DNA of 63,802 bases, the filler included, from Octopus bimaculoides (taxonomy: Eukaryota), in assembly GCF_001194135.2 (NCBI RefSeq). It is 4 parts of 4 records of this genome, joined end to end, with 100 filler letters (N's around TTAATTAATTAA, not from the genome) between each part and the next. Parts side by side here need not be neighbours in the genome. Positions count along the whole stretch, not along the records: positions 60,957 to 63,802 come from NC_068981.1; 3 more parts are not named here. One strand, written 5' to 3'. The translations under genes were made by a program, and so were the position numbers. Position 1 is the stretch's first letter; the number at the start of each line of letters is the position of its first letter. The notes under the pieces are model-generated. The model was not told where the DNA came from and made no database searches. It saw only the letters and a list, made by a program, of their open reading frames with translations. Below are positions 63,755-63,802 of the stretch, in pieces.

Positions 63755-63802
<48 letters not shown>

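Overview
Animal (eukaryotic) genomic DNA. It is AT-rich, full of microsatellites and has many N gaps. The SINE families and repeat make-up suggest a coleoid cephalopod, probably Octopus (inference from recognition, not a search). I recognise no host protein-coding exon, rRNA, true tRNA gene or CRISPR array, and nearly all listed ORFs are microsatellite or N-gap artefacts. The window is a transposon graveyard. It holds about 25 copies of several tRNA-headed SINE families and three Tx1/L1-like LINE pieces, one of them inverted and one carrying nested insertions. It also holds R4/Dong-like RLE retrotransposons tied to (TAA)n tracts, mariner/Tc1, hAT-like and possibly Merlin-like DNA elements, solo LTRs, an RTE fragment and Penelope-like remnants. 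Two signals stand out. (1) Minimal type-I hammerhead ribozyme motifs occur in several unrelated repeat families, including a tandem ~520-530 bp unit and core variants. (2) Tx1-like LINE 3' ends are joined twice to the same nucleotide of the dominant SINE, at a hairpin in its head, which suggests SINE targeting or LINE-SINE chimera formation. Coordinates of degenerate repeats are approximate unless TSD/TIR boundaries are quoted.
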